Shown here: positions 52,153 to 61,987 of the stretch, in pieces | How positions within the stretch are numbered: the stretch's first letter is position 1 | Layout of the letters: every line of letters starts with the position of its first letter | Origin: Escherichia coli | GTDB taxonomy: Bacteria; Pseudomonadota; Gammaproteobacteria; Enterobacterales; Enterobacteriaceae | NCBI RefSeq assembly: GCF_024223415.1 | Contig: NZ_CP100500.1 | DNA: 64,000 bases | Strand: one strand, 5' to 3' | Notes under the pieces: model-generated | The model's database searches: none | What the model was told of the DNA's origin: nothing | The model's input: only the letters and a program-made list of their open reading frames with translations | Translations under genes and position numbers: made by a program

Positions 52153-53103
52153 TTAGTTTTTATATTTCTCAATATATTCTTTTGAAAGGATTCGCGCCTT
52201 TTCAAACTCTTCAGGAGTTAATCTATTTTCCATCTTCAATTTATATTGAACACTTTTATCAAGTCCATGAGCGTATGCGGCACTGAACCAGGCATATGCC
52301 TTTTTATTATCGAGTGGTAACTCTTTCGTGCCTACGGAATAGATTAATGCAAGATTATGTTGTGCAACAGGATCACCATGTGTGGCTGACTTTCTTAACA
52401 GTTCTATTGCTTTATATTTATTTACAGTAATCCCACCCAGTCCTTCATAGTAAAAGATACTTAGTGCTGATTGTGCTTTTATGAAACCTTGACTTGCCGA
52501 TTTATCATACCAAAAGGCGGCTTTATTATAATCCTTTTTAATAATAACGCCTTCATAATAGAGTCGCCCTAAATGATACTGAGCAACCTTATCCCCTTGC
52601 TCCGCAGCGATACGATACCACTTATCTGCCAGATCTTTTTTATTAGTCTCATCATATAGTAAAGCAAGGTTAGTTTGAGCCGTAACTAATCCAGAATTTG
52701 CAGCTTTATTTAACCACGCTATGGCCTTACCATAATCTCTTATCACGCCACTCCCTTTACTATATAATACTCCTAAGTTTCCCTGCGCTTCTGGAAAACC
52801 TTTTTCAGCTGCCATTTGATAACATTCAAATGCTTTTTCATAATTTTGAGACACCCCATAACCATGAGCATACATAACACCGAGGTTATACTGAGCCTCT
52901 GTCAGCCCCTGTTTTGCTGCAAGCGAGTACCAATATACTGCATCTTTATAACTCTGGATTCCTTCAGAACCACTTCGATATAACTCCGCGAGTTTAAATT
53001 GCGCAGTAGCATCTCCCTTATCAGCATCTTTTCTTATATATGTCATTTTATTGGAGGCTGCTGTGTCTTCTGTCACCCCAATTGCAACAGGAATACTCAA
53101 CAC
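52153..53103 (-). CDS. Sel1-repeat (TPR-like) protein; candidate immunity protein for the upstream Rhs toxin
   Basis: About eight tandem ~36-aa Sel1-type repeats (AQxNLGxxYxxGxGVxxDYxKAxxWYxKAA). Low GC, 45 bp downstream of the Rhs stop. Start codon uncertain (GTG at 53103 or internal ATG). Confidence 0.8.
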   Translation of the reverse strand: MLSIPVAIGVTEDTAASNKMTYIRKDADKGDATAQFKLAELYRSGSEGIQSYKDAVYWYSLAAKQGLTEAQYNLGVMYAHGYGVSQNYEKAFECYQMAAEKGFPEAQGNLGVLYSKGSGVIRDYGKAIAWLNKAANSGLVTAQTNLALLYDETNKKDLADKWYRIAAEQGDKVAQYHLGRLYYEGVIIKKDYNKAAFWYDKSASQGFIKAQSALSIFYYEGLGGITVNKYKAIELLRKSATHGDPVAQHNLALIYSVGTKELPLDNKKAYAWFSAAYAHGLDKSVQYKLKMENRLTPEEFEKARILSKEYIEKYKN

Positions 53104-53147
53104 TTCAAAAAAAAAACATCACAACAACACACATTAATATTTTTCGA

Positions 53148-56100
53148 TTATTTTTTATCGGCATCTTTTTTATCATCACCTTTAAATTTATCTACCGCTT
53201 CACTAGAAGTCATGTCAGTAATATAATCTCCAAATGCATTTTCAGGCACAAAGGGCAATTTACCCAAAGTTGCACCTAATAATTCCTCCGCTCCTGTATC
53301 AGCAGCAGCATAAACACCAGATTTAAAATCCCCTCCCTTACTTAAAAATGACAATCCCATTTTCAAAGCTATTTTCTCAACAAACGTTTTTCCCGCTCCC
53401 CAAGAACCACCTAAAGCACATAGCGCCAACTCGGATTTATCCGGCATCTTATGATCAGACATATAGTCAGTCGTAGCAACCGCACCACATGAACTAAGAC
53501 TTCCAATTGCTATCTCCCCCCATGTAAGAGTCCCCCCTTCTAATGCAGCCGCACTTGCTACTGGCTCGGTAAATACTACTCCGGCAATAACAGGAGGCAG
53601 TAAAGCCCATCCTTTTACATAATCGTCTAATGGATTATACACTCCACGCATACTTGAAAAATCATCCAACGCTTTAAATTTTTCTTCATCTGACAGGTTC
53701 GGGGCGAATCCAACATTAGCCCCCTGCATAGTGTTATAATAATTAGTTCCAAATATCATTTGCGGCGTTACATTAGCTAACCCCAACGGATCTATATGTT
53801 CAATAGGATTGAGTGGGTACTGGTAAGGATTTAATCCTCCTTCCAGCCCAATCGGGTCCTGGGTGATATACCGTCCCTGCAACGGGTCATAGTACCGGTG
53901 ACGGTTGTAATACAGCCCCGACTCCTCATCATACTGCTGTCCCGGCAGACGGTACGGCTGTTGCAGGTGCTGCGCGCTGGTTTCGCCCAGCAGGTTTCCC
54001 CACTCGTCATACTCCCCCTGCCACGCCGTTTCCCCTTCCGGGCTGATGAGCGCCTGCGGCAGTCCCCGGTGGTCGCAGTGGTAAAGATGAAGTTTCCGCT
54101 CCGGGATGTATTCCGCCTCCAGCTGCGCGGCCATCTGCTCCGCCGTCAGCCCGCACTGCGCAAGCCATGCCTCACTCTCCGCACTCACCGCTCCCGCGCG
54201 CAGTTCCCGCTCCAGCCTCCCCAGCATCACCGACAGCTCCGCCGGTAGCGTCACACCCGTGTCCTCTTGCAACACCTCCGCCAGGCTCCGGTGCCGCGCC
54301 TTCGCCTGTTCGCCATTCTCTGTTTCGATTCTCAGGAGCGGCGTGAAGCTCCCCGGCTGGTATACCGTCTGGATACGCGTGGTGCCGGTCTGTATCGTCG
54401 TCAGCCTGTCGCCGTCCCACCCGTACCATGTCACCTCCGGTTTACGCGACAACGACATCCACCCCGTCAGGTCACGCTCCCGCCGCCATACCCGTTTTCC
54501 CGTCCGGCGGCCCAGCGGGTCATAGAGGTAACGGCTCTCCACCTGTGGTTCGCCGTGCTGTATCCGCGTGTAGAACACCAGGCGGTGCTGGCTGTCGTAG
54601 TGGTAGTGGTGGGTCCGCTCGTCGTGCATCCGGATAACCCCTTCCGGGATGCGGTCCGTCTTCTCCGCCAGCCTGCCGTATTCATCGTGGCGGTAGACAT
54701 AGTGCGCATCTTCCGCGATGCGGTTATCCGGCCACGCCGTGAGCGTGCTGTCCGGGTGCAGTTCCGGGTCCGGCAGCCGGTTTCCCGCCGGGTCTGTTGC
54801 ATACGGGATATCGATATCCAGGTTCGCCGCCGTGGTGTGGACGCCCGTCAGCCTTCCCGTGTCACTGTAACGGTACTCCCGGCTCTCCTGCGGGCCGCTG
54901 ATGCGGATTAGCTGTCCGTTGTCGTTCCAGTCGTAGTCACGGTCAAGCTGCGGGAGGTTCAGGTGCCTGCTCCGGAGCTGGCCGCTGGTATTCCAGGCGG
55001 TGGCAAGTTCATATGCCTCCCCGCCGAAGCTGCGGGCCGTCTCACGGTGCAGCCGGTCCCGCGTGTACTCGACCAGTGGCGTTCCGCCCAGCTTCATCCC
55101 CGCAAGATAACCGCTGCCATACGTCAGCCACTCTACCGGCGGCAGACCGTCCGGCTCCTGACGGGTCGCCAGTCCCTGTTCGCTGTACGCGTGCCCCGTC
55201 TCATGCTCCCACAGCATCTCCCCCGTCTCCGGGTTCTCCACCGTCTGCCGTTCGCCCGTCAGGCGGCCTTTATCGTCATAGCCGTAGTGGACCGCCACAC
55301 GGTGGCCTTCACTGGTATGGCTGATGGTGGTTAACCACCCGTGCTCATCATACTGCCACTGCTCCGCCGGGTCGCCGTTCACCGTCCGGTGCGTGATGCG
55401 GTCCGACGCATCGTAATGCCAGAGGGTGATAAGTCCCTCATCTTCACTCTGCGTGAGTTTTCCGGTCAGGTCATAGTGGTAACGTTGCGTCCGCCCGTCA
55501 AAACCGCGCTGTTCAGTCAGCCTGTCCACCGGGTCATACCGGAACGTGGACTGGCTGCCGTTCTCGTTGGTCAGCACGGTGATGCGCCCGGCAGCGTCAT
55601 ACCCCATGCTGCGCGTAAGACCGCCTTCCGTCACACTCACCGGACGCCCGCGTTTATCATATTCGATGGTGCTGCATTTACCGTCCGGTGATATCGTTGC
55701 TGTCAGGTCGCCTGCGGCGCTGTACTCATAACGGATTTCACGCCCCTGCGCATCCTTCTGACTGACCAGTTGCCCACGCGGGTTATAACTGCTGTAAGTG
55801 CTGATGCCTTCTTCCCGGTGAACGGCGATTTGTTGACCGTACCGGTCGTACTCATACCGCGTCGTGTACCCCGAGCAGTCCGTAAAGGCCAGCAGTTGAC
55901 CGTAACGGCTCCATGCCATCTGTTTTGTACTGCCCGTCGCATCCTCTATCCCTGTCGGCAGCTCACTCGCCGGGTCATCATAGCTGTAACTCGTCGTCTC
56001 ACCGCTGCGTGAGGTCTCCGCCGCCAGCCTTCCCTTCTCATCATACTCCCGGCTGCTGCGAAGCCCGTCCGGGTACGTCACCGACGTCACCTGCCGCTGG

Positions 56101-57536
56101 CTGTTATAGCCATACCGTACCGTCCTGCCGTCCGGCCCCGTCACCGCCGTCACCGCACCCGACGCCATATGCAGGCTGTACTCCGTCCGCTGCCCCGCCG
56201 CATCCGTCTGTGCCTTCAGCCTCCCCGCCTCATCATACTCGCTGCGGGTGATGCTCCCGTCCGCATGCTCCTTCTTCACCACCCGCTTCAGGCCGCCTTC
56301 GCCCTCCGTGTACAGCACCTCCCGCCGGTTCAGGCTGTCCGTGATGGTCACACGGTCCTGCCCGTACTCAAAGCGGTAGTCCAGCCCCTCCGGGTTGACC
56401 TGCTCCGTCACCCGACCGGTATCATCATACCGGTAGCGGCTCTCCGGCCTCCCTGCATAATGGTGCGCCACCATCCGCCCCGCGTGCTCCGCATCATAAG
56501 TAAACCCGCGCACCTGCGTCCCGCTGCGGTCATACACCGCCCGCAGTTCTCCGCTGGCCGTGTACGTGTAGCGCGCCAGCGGCGCAGTCGGCTGTTCATC
56601 CGGGTATGCCGGGTCGTGTGTCAGCCACACCGCCTCCAGCCGGATACCGTTATCGGCACCGTACTCTGTACCGGTGGGCAGCGTGTCGGGGAAAACCTGA
56701 GAAGAGGAAACAGAACGGGGACTGGCCGGGGAAGATAAGGAAGACTCGCGCTGTTTACGGAAGGCTTCCGCCCGCTGCGCCTGTGTGGTCAGCGCCAGGT
56801 GAAAACGGCGGCCCGCGCCGTCCGTCACCCCCGTCACCGCGCCCGCCACGTCACCCTCCGCCGCCCTGTGAAAGGCCAGCGTCCGACCAAAGCCATCCAC
56901 CACGCCCGTCAGCACCCGGTATGCGGGCGGCTCCGGCGGCAGCACCTCGTCCGCCTCCGGCACCCGCTCCGGCCAGCTGAGCACCAGCCACTGCCCGGTT
57001 GTGCTGACAGCCATCATATAGGTGTGTGGACTCAGACGGACCGCTTCCGGCAGCGCCCGCCAGAGCCGGGCCAGCGGGTGGTCTTTGTGTTGTTTCAGCA
57101 CCCCACCCCTTGCCAGCCAGAGTGACTCGCTGCGGCTGTAGCTTATCTCGCCGGGAAACAGCGGCTCAAAGTGAATGCTCCTGCCGCCGTTGTCGTTGAG
57201 TATCAGTTCCCGCTCATGAATCTGTAAGCGGATATCAAAGGGGGCTTTCCAGCCGGGGCCAAACACCCCCACCGGCGCGGGCGTCCTGGTCCGGTAACTG
57301 CTGTAGGCACGGGAAAGAATGAACGGCAGCGGGCCGGGCAGCGCAAGGTCCGTCTCGCCCGGCAGCACCTTCGCACCCAGTAGCGGGTTCACCGGGTTAG
57401 CATAGGTAATCCCTCCCGGACACACCGAGCAGGCCACTCCCGTCGGCGCACCTATCAGCACCCCCGCTGAACCCTGCACAATATCCAGTCCCTTGCGGGT
57501 CATATCACCCTGCCGCGCCGCCGGTTTTCCGCCCAT
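53148..57536 (-). CDS. rhs: Rhs-family polymorphic toxin with N-terminal PAAR-like motif and variable C-terminal domain
   Basis: 1462-aa ORF: N-terminus [12 protein letters not shown], long YD-repeat core, core-terminal PxxxxDPxGL motif (DPIGLEGG...IDPLGL), then a 209-aa low-GC extension. AAGGA ribosome-binding site. Confidence 0.9.
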   Translation of the reverse strand: MGGKPAARQGDMTRKGLDIVQGSAGVLIGAPTGVACSVCPGGITYANPVNPLLGAKVLPGETDLALPGPLPFILSRAYSSYRTRTPAPVGVFGPGWKAPFDIRLQIHERELILNDNGGRSIHFEPLFPGEISYSRSESLWLARGGVLKQHKDHPLARLWRALPEAVRLSPHTYMMAVSTTGQWLVLSWPERVPEADEVLPPEPPAYRVLTGVVDGFGRTLAFHRAAEGDVAGAVTGVTDGAGRRFHLALTTQAQRAEAFRKQRESSLSSPASPRSVSSSQVFPDTLPTGTEYGADNGIRLEAVWLTHDPAYPDEQPTAPLARYTYTASGELRAVYDRSGTQVRGFTYDAEHAGRMVAHHYAGRPESRYRYDDTGRVTEQVNPEGLDYRFEYGQDRVTITDSLNRREVLYTEGEGGLKRVVKKEHADGSITRSEYDEAGRLKAQTDAAGQRTEYSLHMASGAVTAVTGPDGRTVRYGYNSQRQVTSVTYPDGLRSSREYDEKGRLAAETSRSGETTSYSYDDPASELPTGIEDATGSTKQMAWSRYGQLLAFTDCSGYTTRYEYDRYGQQIAVHREEGISTYSSYNPRGQLVSQKDAQGREIRYEYSAAGDLTATISPDGKCSTIEYDKRGRPVSVTEGGLTRSMGYDAAGRITVLTNENGSQSTFRYDPVDRLTEQRGFDGRTQRYHYDLTGKLTQSEDEGLITLWHYDASDRITHRTVNGDPAEQWQYDEHGWLTTISHTSEGHRVAVHYGYDDKGRLTGERQTVENPETGEMLWEHETGHAYSEQGLATRQEPDGLPPVEWLTYGSGYLAGMKLGGTPLVEYTRDRLHRETARSFGGEAYELATAWNTSGQLRSRHLNLPQLDRDYDWNDNGQLIRISGPQESREYRYSDTGRLTGVHTTAANLDIDIPYATDPAGNRLPDPELHPDSTLTAWPDNRIAEDAHYVYRHDEYGRLAEKTDRIPEGVIRMHDERTHHYHYDSQHRLVFYTRIQHGEPQVESRYLYDPLGRRTGKRVWRRERDLTGWMSLSRKPEVTWYGWDGDRLTTIQTGTTRIQTVYQPGSFTPLLRIETENGEQAKARHRSLAEVLQEDTGVTLPAELSVMLGRLERELRAGAVSAESEAWLAQCGLTAEQMAAQLEAEYIPERKLHLYHCDHRGLPQALISPEGETAWQGEYDEWGNLLGETSAQHLQQPYRLPGQQYDEESGLYYNRHRYYDPLQGRYITQDPIGLEGGLNPYQYPLNPIEHIDPLGLANVTPQMIFGTNYYNTMQGANVGFAPNLSDEEKFKALDDFSSMRGVYNPLDDYVKGWALLPPVIAGVVFTEPVASAAALEGGTLTWGEIAIGSLSSCGAVATTDYMSDHKMPDKSELALCALGGSWGAGKTFVEKIALKMGLSFLSKGGDFKSGVYAAADTGAEELLGATLGKLPFVPENAFGDYITDMTSSEAVDKFKGDDKKDADKK

Positions 57537-57611
57537 GAATCAATTCCTTCTGCTTTTAATATGGTTTATCTGGTCACTGCACCAGTTCCGTTTTGATTTT
57601 TTGCACCTGAC

Positions 57612-59753
57612 TCAAAATTGCCGCATATCCGGCATTCCGGGGGGTAAATCTTTCGGCACAGGCGCATCCGGTACAGGTTGTGTGGCACCACAGTTCCAGT
57701 TAATCACCGGCGCATCACCGTTCACATCCGACTCCCCTTCCAGATGAATGTGCGTACCATTAAGAAATATGCTTCCGTCCTTCGTCAGCACCAGCCTTGC
57801 CTTACCACAGCAGAGTTCAAGATGCTCACCGGCAGAATAAACTGCTGTTTGTCCGGTGTTTTCCTTCATCGTCTTGCCCACCGAGAAGGTGACGTTATTC
57901 CCTACATTGACGCTGTAGCCCATTCCCACCATCAGTGATTTATGCAGCCCTACCTGTGAGGACTGCAACAACGCCACCGAGGTATTCATAATGCCGCCTA
58001 CCGTCGTCTGATACGCCACACCCACCGTCAGCGCACGAATGATCCCCACCTTTTCAACCTGGTTTGATCCCACTTTGATAATCTGGTTACTGCCTACCGT
58101 TTCCACCTGGTTGACACCAACCGTCTGTATCTGATTAACGCCAATGTTCTGGATCTGGTTATTGGTAACGGTGATCGCCTGGTTGTTACCTATTTTTTCG
58201 GCATGGTTGTTTATCACATCCGTGGTGCGGTTATTCAGCACCTCGGTGTTCATGTTCTTCTGCGCGTGGATGTAGACCTGTTCTTTCCCTGTCGCATCGT
58301 CAAACTTCAGTTCATTAAACCCGCTGCCCTTATAGGTTTTCGAACGAATGGTCATCTGCGTCTTTGTTCCCGGCAGGCTGCCGGGTGTGCGGTTTTCCTG
58401 GTGGTAGGTGCGCCCCATAATGATCGGCTGGTCCGGATCGCCGTTGAGGAAGTCCACAATCACCTCCTGACCCACGCGCGGTATCGCAAGGTTACCGAAT
58501 CCGGTGCCTGCCCACGCCTGTGCCACACGGATCCAGCATGAACTGTCCTGGTTTGACGGGTTATAACGGTCCCAGTTAAATTTCACCCGCACGCGGCCAT
58601 GTTCATCACAGAAGATTTCCTCGCCTGCCGGTCCCGTCACGACGGCGCTCTGCGGGCCGTCCACCAGCGGTTTCAGCAACGGCTGTGGTCGCCATGTTCT
58701 GTCTGCCGGTATTACCGCAAAATGGTTATCCAGCGTGGTGCCTGAACCCCTGCGTCCCGGTACCGCCTGCGGCTGTTCGCCGTGAAGATCGCTCGCCACC
58801 ACCTGCCATTCCCGGTTCAGGTTCGCCTGCGGATGCCCCGTCAGCACAATTTGCCGTCCCGGCCATATCTCCGGCGAACGGCTTGTTCCGCGCGCCACTT
58901 CTGCGTTGTTGCGCCAGCCATCCATCTGCCAGCGGGCAAAGTTCTGCCCGTGGGCGCCCTTGAAACGTCCGGGGTAGTCATACACTTCATACTGTGTGCG
59001 CTGGTAATCCTGGTACTGGCCTTCCTGATCAAAACGCCCTGCCCAGCCGGGTCGTTTAAAGGTGTAGTCTTTGGTCACCACGGAAGAAGGGCGGATTTGT
59101 GCGCTGTAGCGAAACTGGCTGATGCAGAGGGTGCTTACCTCGGTACGGGTGTTCGGATTCCAGGGGATCTCAAAGGACTCCGGCAGATAACGCACGGTAT
59201 CGCACAGGACCAGGCTTTGGTCGGTACTTTTTTGCGCGTGCTCCTCATAAAAGAAGATGCCTTCCTCCGCCGCCATCCGGCACAGGAAATCGTAATCAGT
59301 CTCACCGTACTGGACACAAAACTCACGGGAAGGATGTGGCTCGCTGAACAGCGGGCTCCACTCGGTCACCCCGTTTTCCTGCAATATCGTGCCGAGGATG
59401 CTTTCGATGTCCTCATTCTGGAAGATACGGAAGTTCTGGCGCAGCCCTGTGCGCCACAGCGGCGGGCATACCTTCATGCTGTACAGCTTCTGGTTTTTGT
59501 CGTTCTCCCCCAGTTCAAACCAGGTCACCACACCTTTCACCCGGCGCTGTACGTCATCGCCCTGCCATATCGTCAGGTAGGCCATTTTGTCGAGGATCTG
59601 CTGGAATTCAAGGGAGAGAAACTGCTGGCTGACCAGAGAGAGATCGAGGGAAAAAAGCGAAGAGAGTGACTGGTTCAGATGAAAGGAGACCACCGCAAAA
59701 GCATCCGGTGGCAGGCCGTCCACTTCCAGCGTGAAACGTAATCCGGTTGACAT
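57612..59753 (-). CDS. vgrG: type VI secretion spike protein VgrG
   Basis: 713-aa ORF recognised as VgrG from the N-terminal sequence and size; C-terminal repetitive (beta-helix-like) region. Confidence 0.9.
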   Translation of the reverse strand: MSTGLRFTLEVDGLPPDAFAVVSFHLNQSLSSLFSLDLSLVSQQFLSLEFQQILDKMAYLTIWQGDDVQRRVKGVVTWFELGENDKNQKLYSMKVCPPLWRTGLRQNFRIFQNEDIESILGTILQENGVTEWSPLFSEPHPSREFCVQYGETDYDFLCRMAAEEGIFFYEEHAQKSTDQSLVLCDTVRYLPESFEIPWNPNTRTEVSTLCISQFRYSAQIRPSSVVTKDYTFKRPGWAGRFDQEGQYQDYQRTQYEVYDYPGRFKGAHGQNFARWQMDGWRNNAEVARGTSRSPEIWPGRQIVLTGHPQANLNREWQVVASDLHGEQPQAVPGRRGSGTTLDNHFAVIPADRTWRPQPLLKPLVDGPQSAVVTGPAGEEIFCDEHGRVRVKFNWDRYNPSNQDSSCWIRVAQAWAGTGFGNLAIPRVGQEVIVDFLNGDPDQPIIMGRTYHQENRTPGSLPGTKTQMTIRSKTYKGSGFNELKFDDATGKEQVYIHAQKNMNTEVLNNRTTDVINNHAEKIGNNQAITVTNNQIQNIGVNQIQTVGVNQVETVGSNQIIKVGSNQVEKVGIIRALTVGVAYQTTVGGIMNTSVALLQSSQVGLHKSLMVGMGYSVNVGNNVTFSVGKTMKENTGQTAVYSAGEHLELCCGKARLVLTKDGSIFLNGTHIHLEGESDVNGDAPVINWNCGATQPVPDAPVPKDLPPGMPDMRQF

Positions 59754-59962
59754 AGCAACCTCCGGGGTTAAGGAAAAACAGACAGTTCACTGTTAAAGCG
59801 GCTGTGACAGTACAGTGTTACGCTTGCGTTCAGGCACGCTACCGCCGAAGTTTCCGGCAGCCGCCATCTCCCGTGAACGTAACCCCTTACTGACAACCTT
59901 TCTTTCTACGGCGTAATACAAAAACAGCATCCGGCCTGATAGCCGGATGCTGTTGGCTTAAC

Positions 59963-60481
59963 TTATGCTTCCAGCGGTGCGCGCCAGTCGTCGGCACCGG
60001 AGGTGCCAGATTTGACGTGTTCCCATTCAATTTTGCGGTAGGCCAGTGAAACTTCGAGCAACTGGGTGAACTCGCGTTTCGCCGGGTCCTGGCAATGCGG
60101 CATATGCAGTTTCATATCGACAATCGTCGAATCAGTCAGGCGGGTAGTGAAATAATGCTCCTGTTTGCCTTCCACAGAGGTACGCCACCAGTGAAGTTCA
60201 GTGGTTGGCAGCATTTCGCCGGAGGCCAGTGCGTTGTACATCAGCGGAACCGCTTTGTTCAGCGCCACGGTAAAAATGAAAGGCTTGTGAGCACGCTGAC
60301 CCGCAGGCTGACCGGACTGAGGATCGGTCGGGACAGTAACGTTATGCAGGAATTCCTGCACCAGCATCTCGTCTTCGTGCCCCTGCACATAGATGTTGCC
60401 GACAGAATCAGCGGTAAATGCACCTGCAGTAATATTTCCCTGGGTCTGACCAGTGATGGAGATATAACACGGTGTTGGCAT
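59963..60481 (-). CDS. hcp: type VI secretion tube protein Hcp
   Basis: 172-aa ORF recognised as Hcp from the translation; directly upstream of vgrG. Confidence 0.9.
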   Translation of the reverse strand: MPTPCYISITGQTQGNITAGAFTADSVGNIYVQGHEDEMLVQEFLHNVTVPTDPQSGQPAGQRAHKPFIFTVALNKAVPLMYNALASGEMLPTTELHWWRTSVEGKQEHYFTTRLTDSTIVDMKLHMPHCQDPAKREFTQLLEVSLAYRKIEWEHVKSGTSGADDWRAPLEA

Positions 60482-61177
60482 TTGTAAACTCCTTGTTAAC
60501 GTGGTTAATTACTACTTACAATGACCTGCCGTTAATCCCAGACAGGCAGATGCAGCTCACTTCACGGAACCGCATCATTTTTCAGTATTTTTTACATACA
60601 AACCGAGCTAGAATTTACGGTTGTCGTAAAAACTATTTTTAAAATCATTAAATCTCTTATTCAGCAATAACTTAATAATATATATCTGGATAACCATACC
60701 CAACTGTTCAAAGTCCGTATTGCCTCCATAAAATGGCCAAAGCTGAATCATGAATAAATATTGTATTTATCCTTTCTGAATTATCATTTTGATAATTTTT
60801 GAGATATTCCTTAAAAATACCCACTTAATCAATCACAAAACAAACATATAAACAAGCAATCATTAGATTAGCTTATGTTTAATAAAATTATTATATAATT
60901 CAATAAGATGCATAAAAAACTCTATATTTAAATTATTGCCATAATACACCTGACGCGAATTGCACAGGTTCATACAATCTATTTAACGCTTGCAGAATAC
61001 CCCTCTTTACGATCGATAAAAAGTCCTTTTATTATTTATTTTGAAGCGTAAAATGCGGGGTGATGAAGGAGTGGTGATTTTATTTTCACCGCCATCAAGG
61101 CGGCATTTCCGATATTTTTTGCGGTACGAATATGCCGTGTTCATGGCCTGTACGAGATAACATGACGGATCACTTTT

Positions 61178-61678
61178 ATGAGCAAAAAATTTGAAGGCAG
61201 CGTCGCGCCTCGCGAGCGTATTAATATATCGTATGTCCCAAAAACAGATGGCCAGACGGCTGAAGTGGAACTTCCGCTTAACATGCTCGTTGTCGGCGAT
61301 ACCGGAAATACGCAGGAAACATCCTCACTGGATGAACGTCAGGCAGTTTCCGTTAACAAGCACAATTTCGGTGCAGTGATGGCTGAAGCAGCCATTGGCC
61401 TCAATTTTACCGTCCCCGCCACGCTGAAGGGAAGCACAACGGACGATGAGCTGAATGTGGCGCTGAATATCAAGTCACTGGATGATTTTTCACCAGATAG
61501 CGTGGCCCGGCAGGTTCCGGAAGTGAATAAATTGCTGGAACTGCGTGAAGCACTGACTGCACTGAAGGGGCCGATGGGTAACCTTCCGGCATTCCGTACC
61601 CAGCTCCAGGCATTGCTGGAAAATGAAGAGTCCCGCGAGCAGTTGCTCAAAGAAATCGGCCAGGTGAGCAATAAATAA
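61178..61678 (+). CDS. tssB: type VI secretion sheath small subunit TssB
   Basis: 166-aa ORF recognised as TssB (VipA family) from the translation. Confidence 0.9.
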   Translation: MSKKFEGSVAPRERINISYVPKTDGQTAEVELPLNMLVVGDTGNTQETSSLDERQAVSVNKHNFGAVMAEAAIGLNFTVPATLKGSTTDDELNVALNIKSLDDFSPDSVARQVPEVNKLLELREALTALKGPMGNLPAFRTQLQALLENEESREQLLKEIGQVSNK

Positions 61679-61712
61679 CCACCACTATTTCATTAAACAG
61701 GGTTATCCAGGC

Positions 61713-61937
61713 ATGACGGCACACAAAAATATCTCCGGGACATACCACCTCTCTGTTGCAGACATTCTGCAGGTGGTTTACCAGGTATGTTTCAGCCCGT
61801 CCGTTGAAATCAACCAGGATGGTGTGGCTGCGCTGATTACAACACTGGATCGCCGTATCAGTGATCTATTGGATGAGATTATCCATTTTTGTGAGTTTCA
61901 GCAGAGCGCGTCGCACTGGCAGCGCGTACTTCACTGA
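61713..61937 (+). pseudogene. diverged TssC-like internal fragment (74 codons)
   Basis: VAALITTLDRRISDLLDEIIHFCEFQQSASHWQRVL aligns with residues ~65-100 of the downstream TssC (VDSMIADIDERISRQMDVIIHAPAFQQVESFWRSL); different frame, diverged at DNA level. Confidence 0.45.
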
Positions 61938-61987
61938 CGGCGAAAAGCCGGTTTCAGAAACACAGCTAAAACAGAAGGATTTTCAGT

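Noticed and set aside
53898-57125. Many 60-214-aa ORFs on the plus strand inside the rhs gene
   Set aside because: They lie antisense within the GC-rich YD-repeat core, are Pro/Arg/Ala-rich as expected from reverse-frame translation of GC-rich DNA, and have no start context; treated as artefacts.
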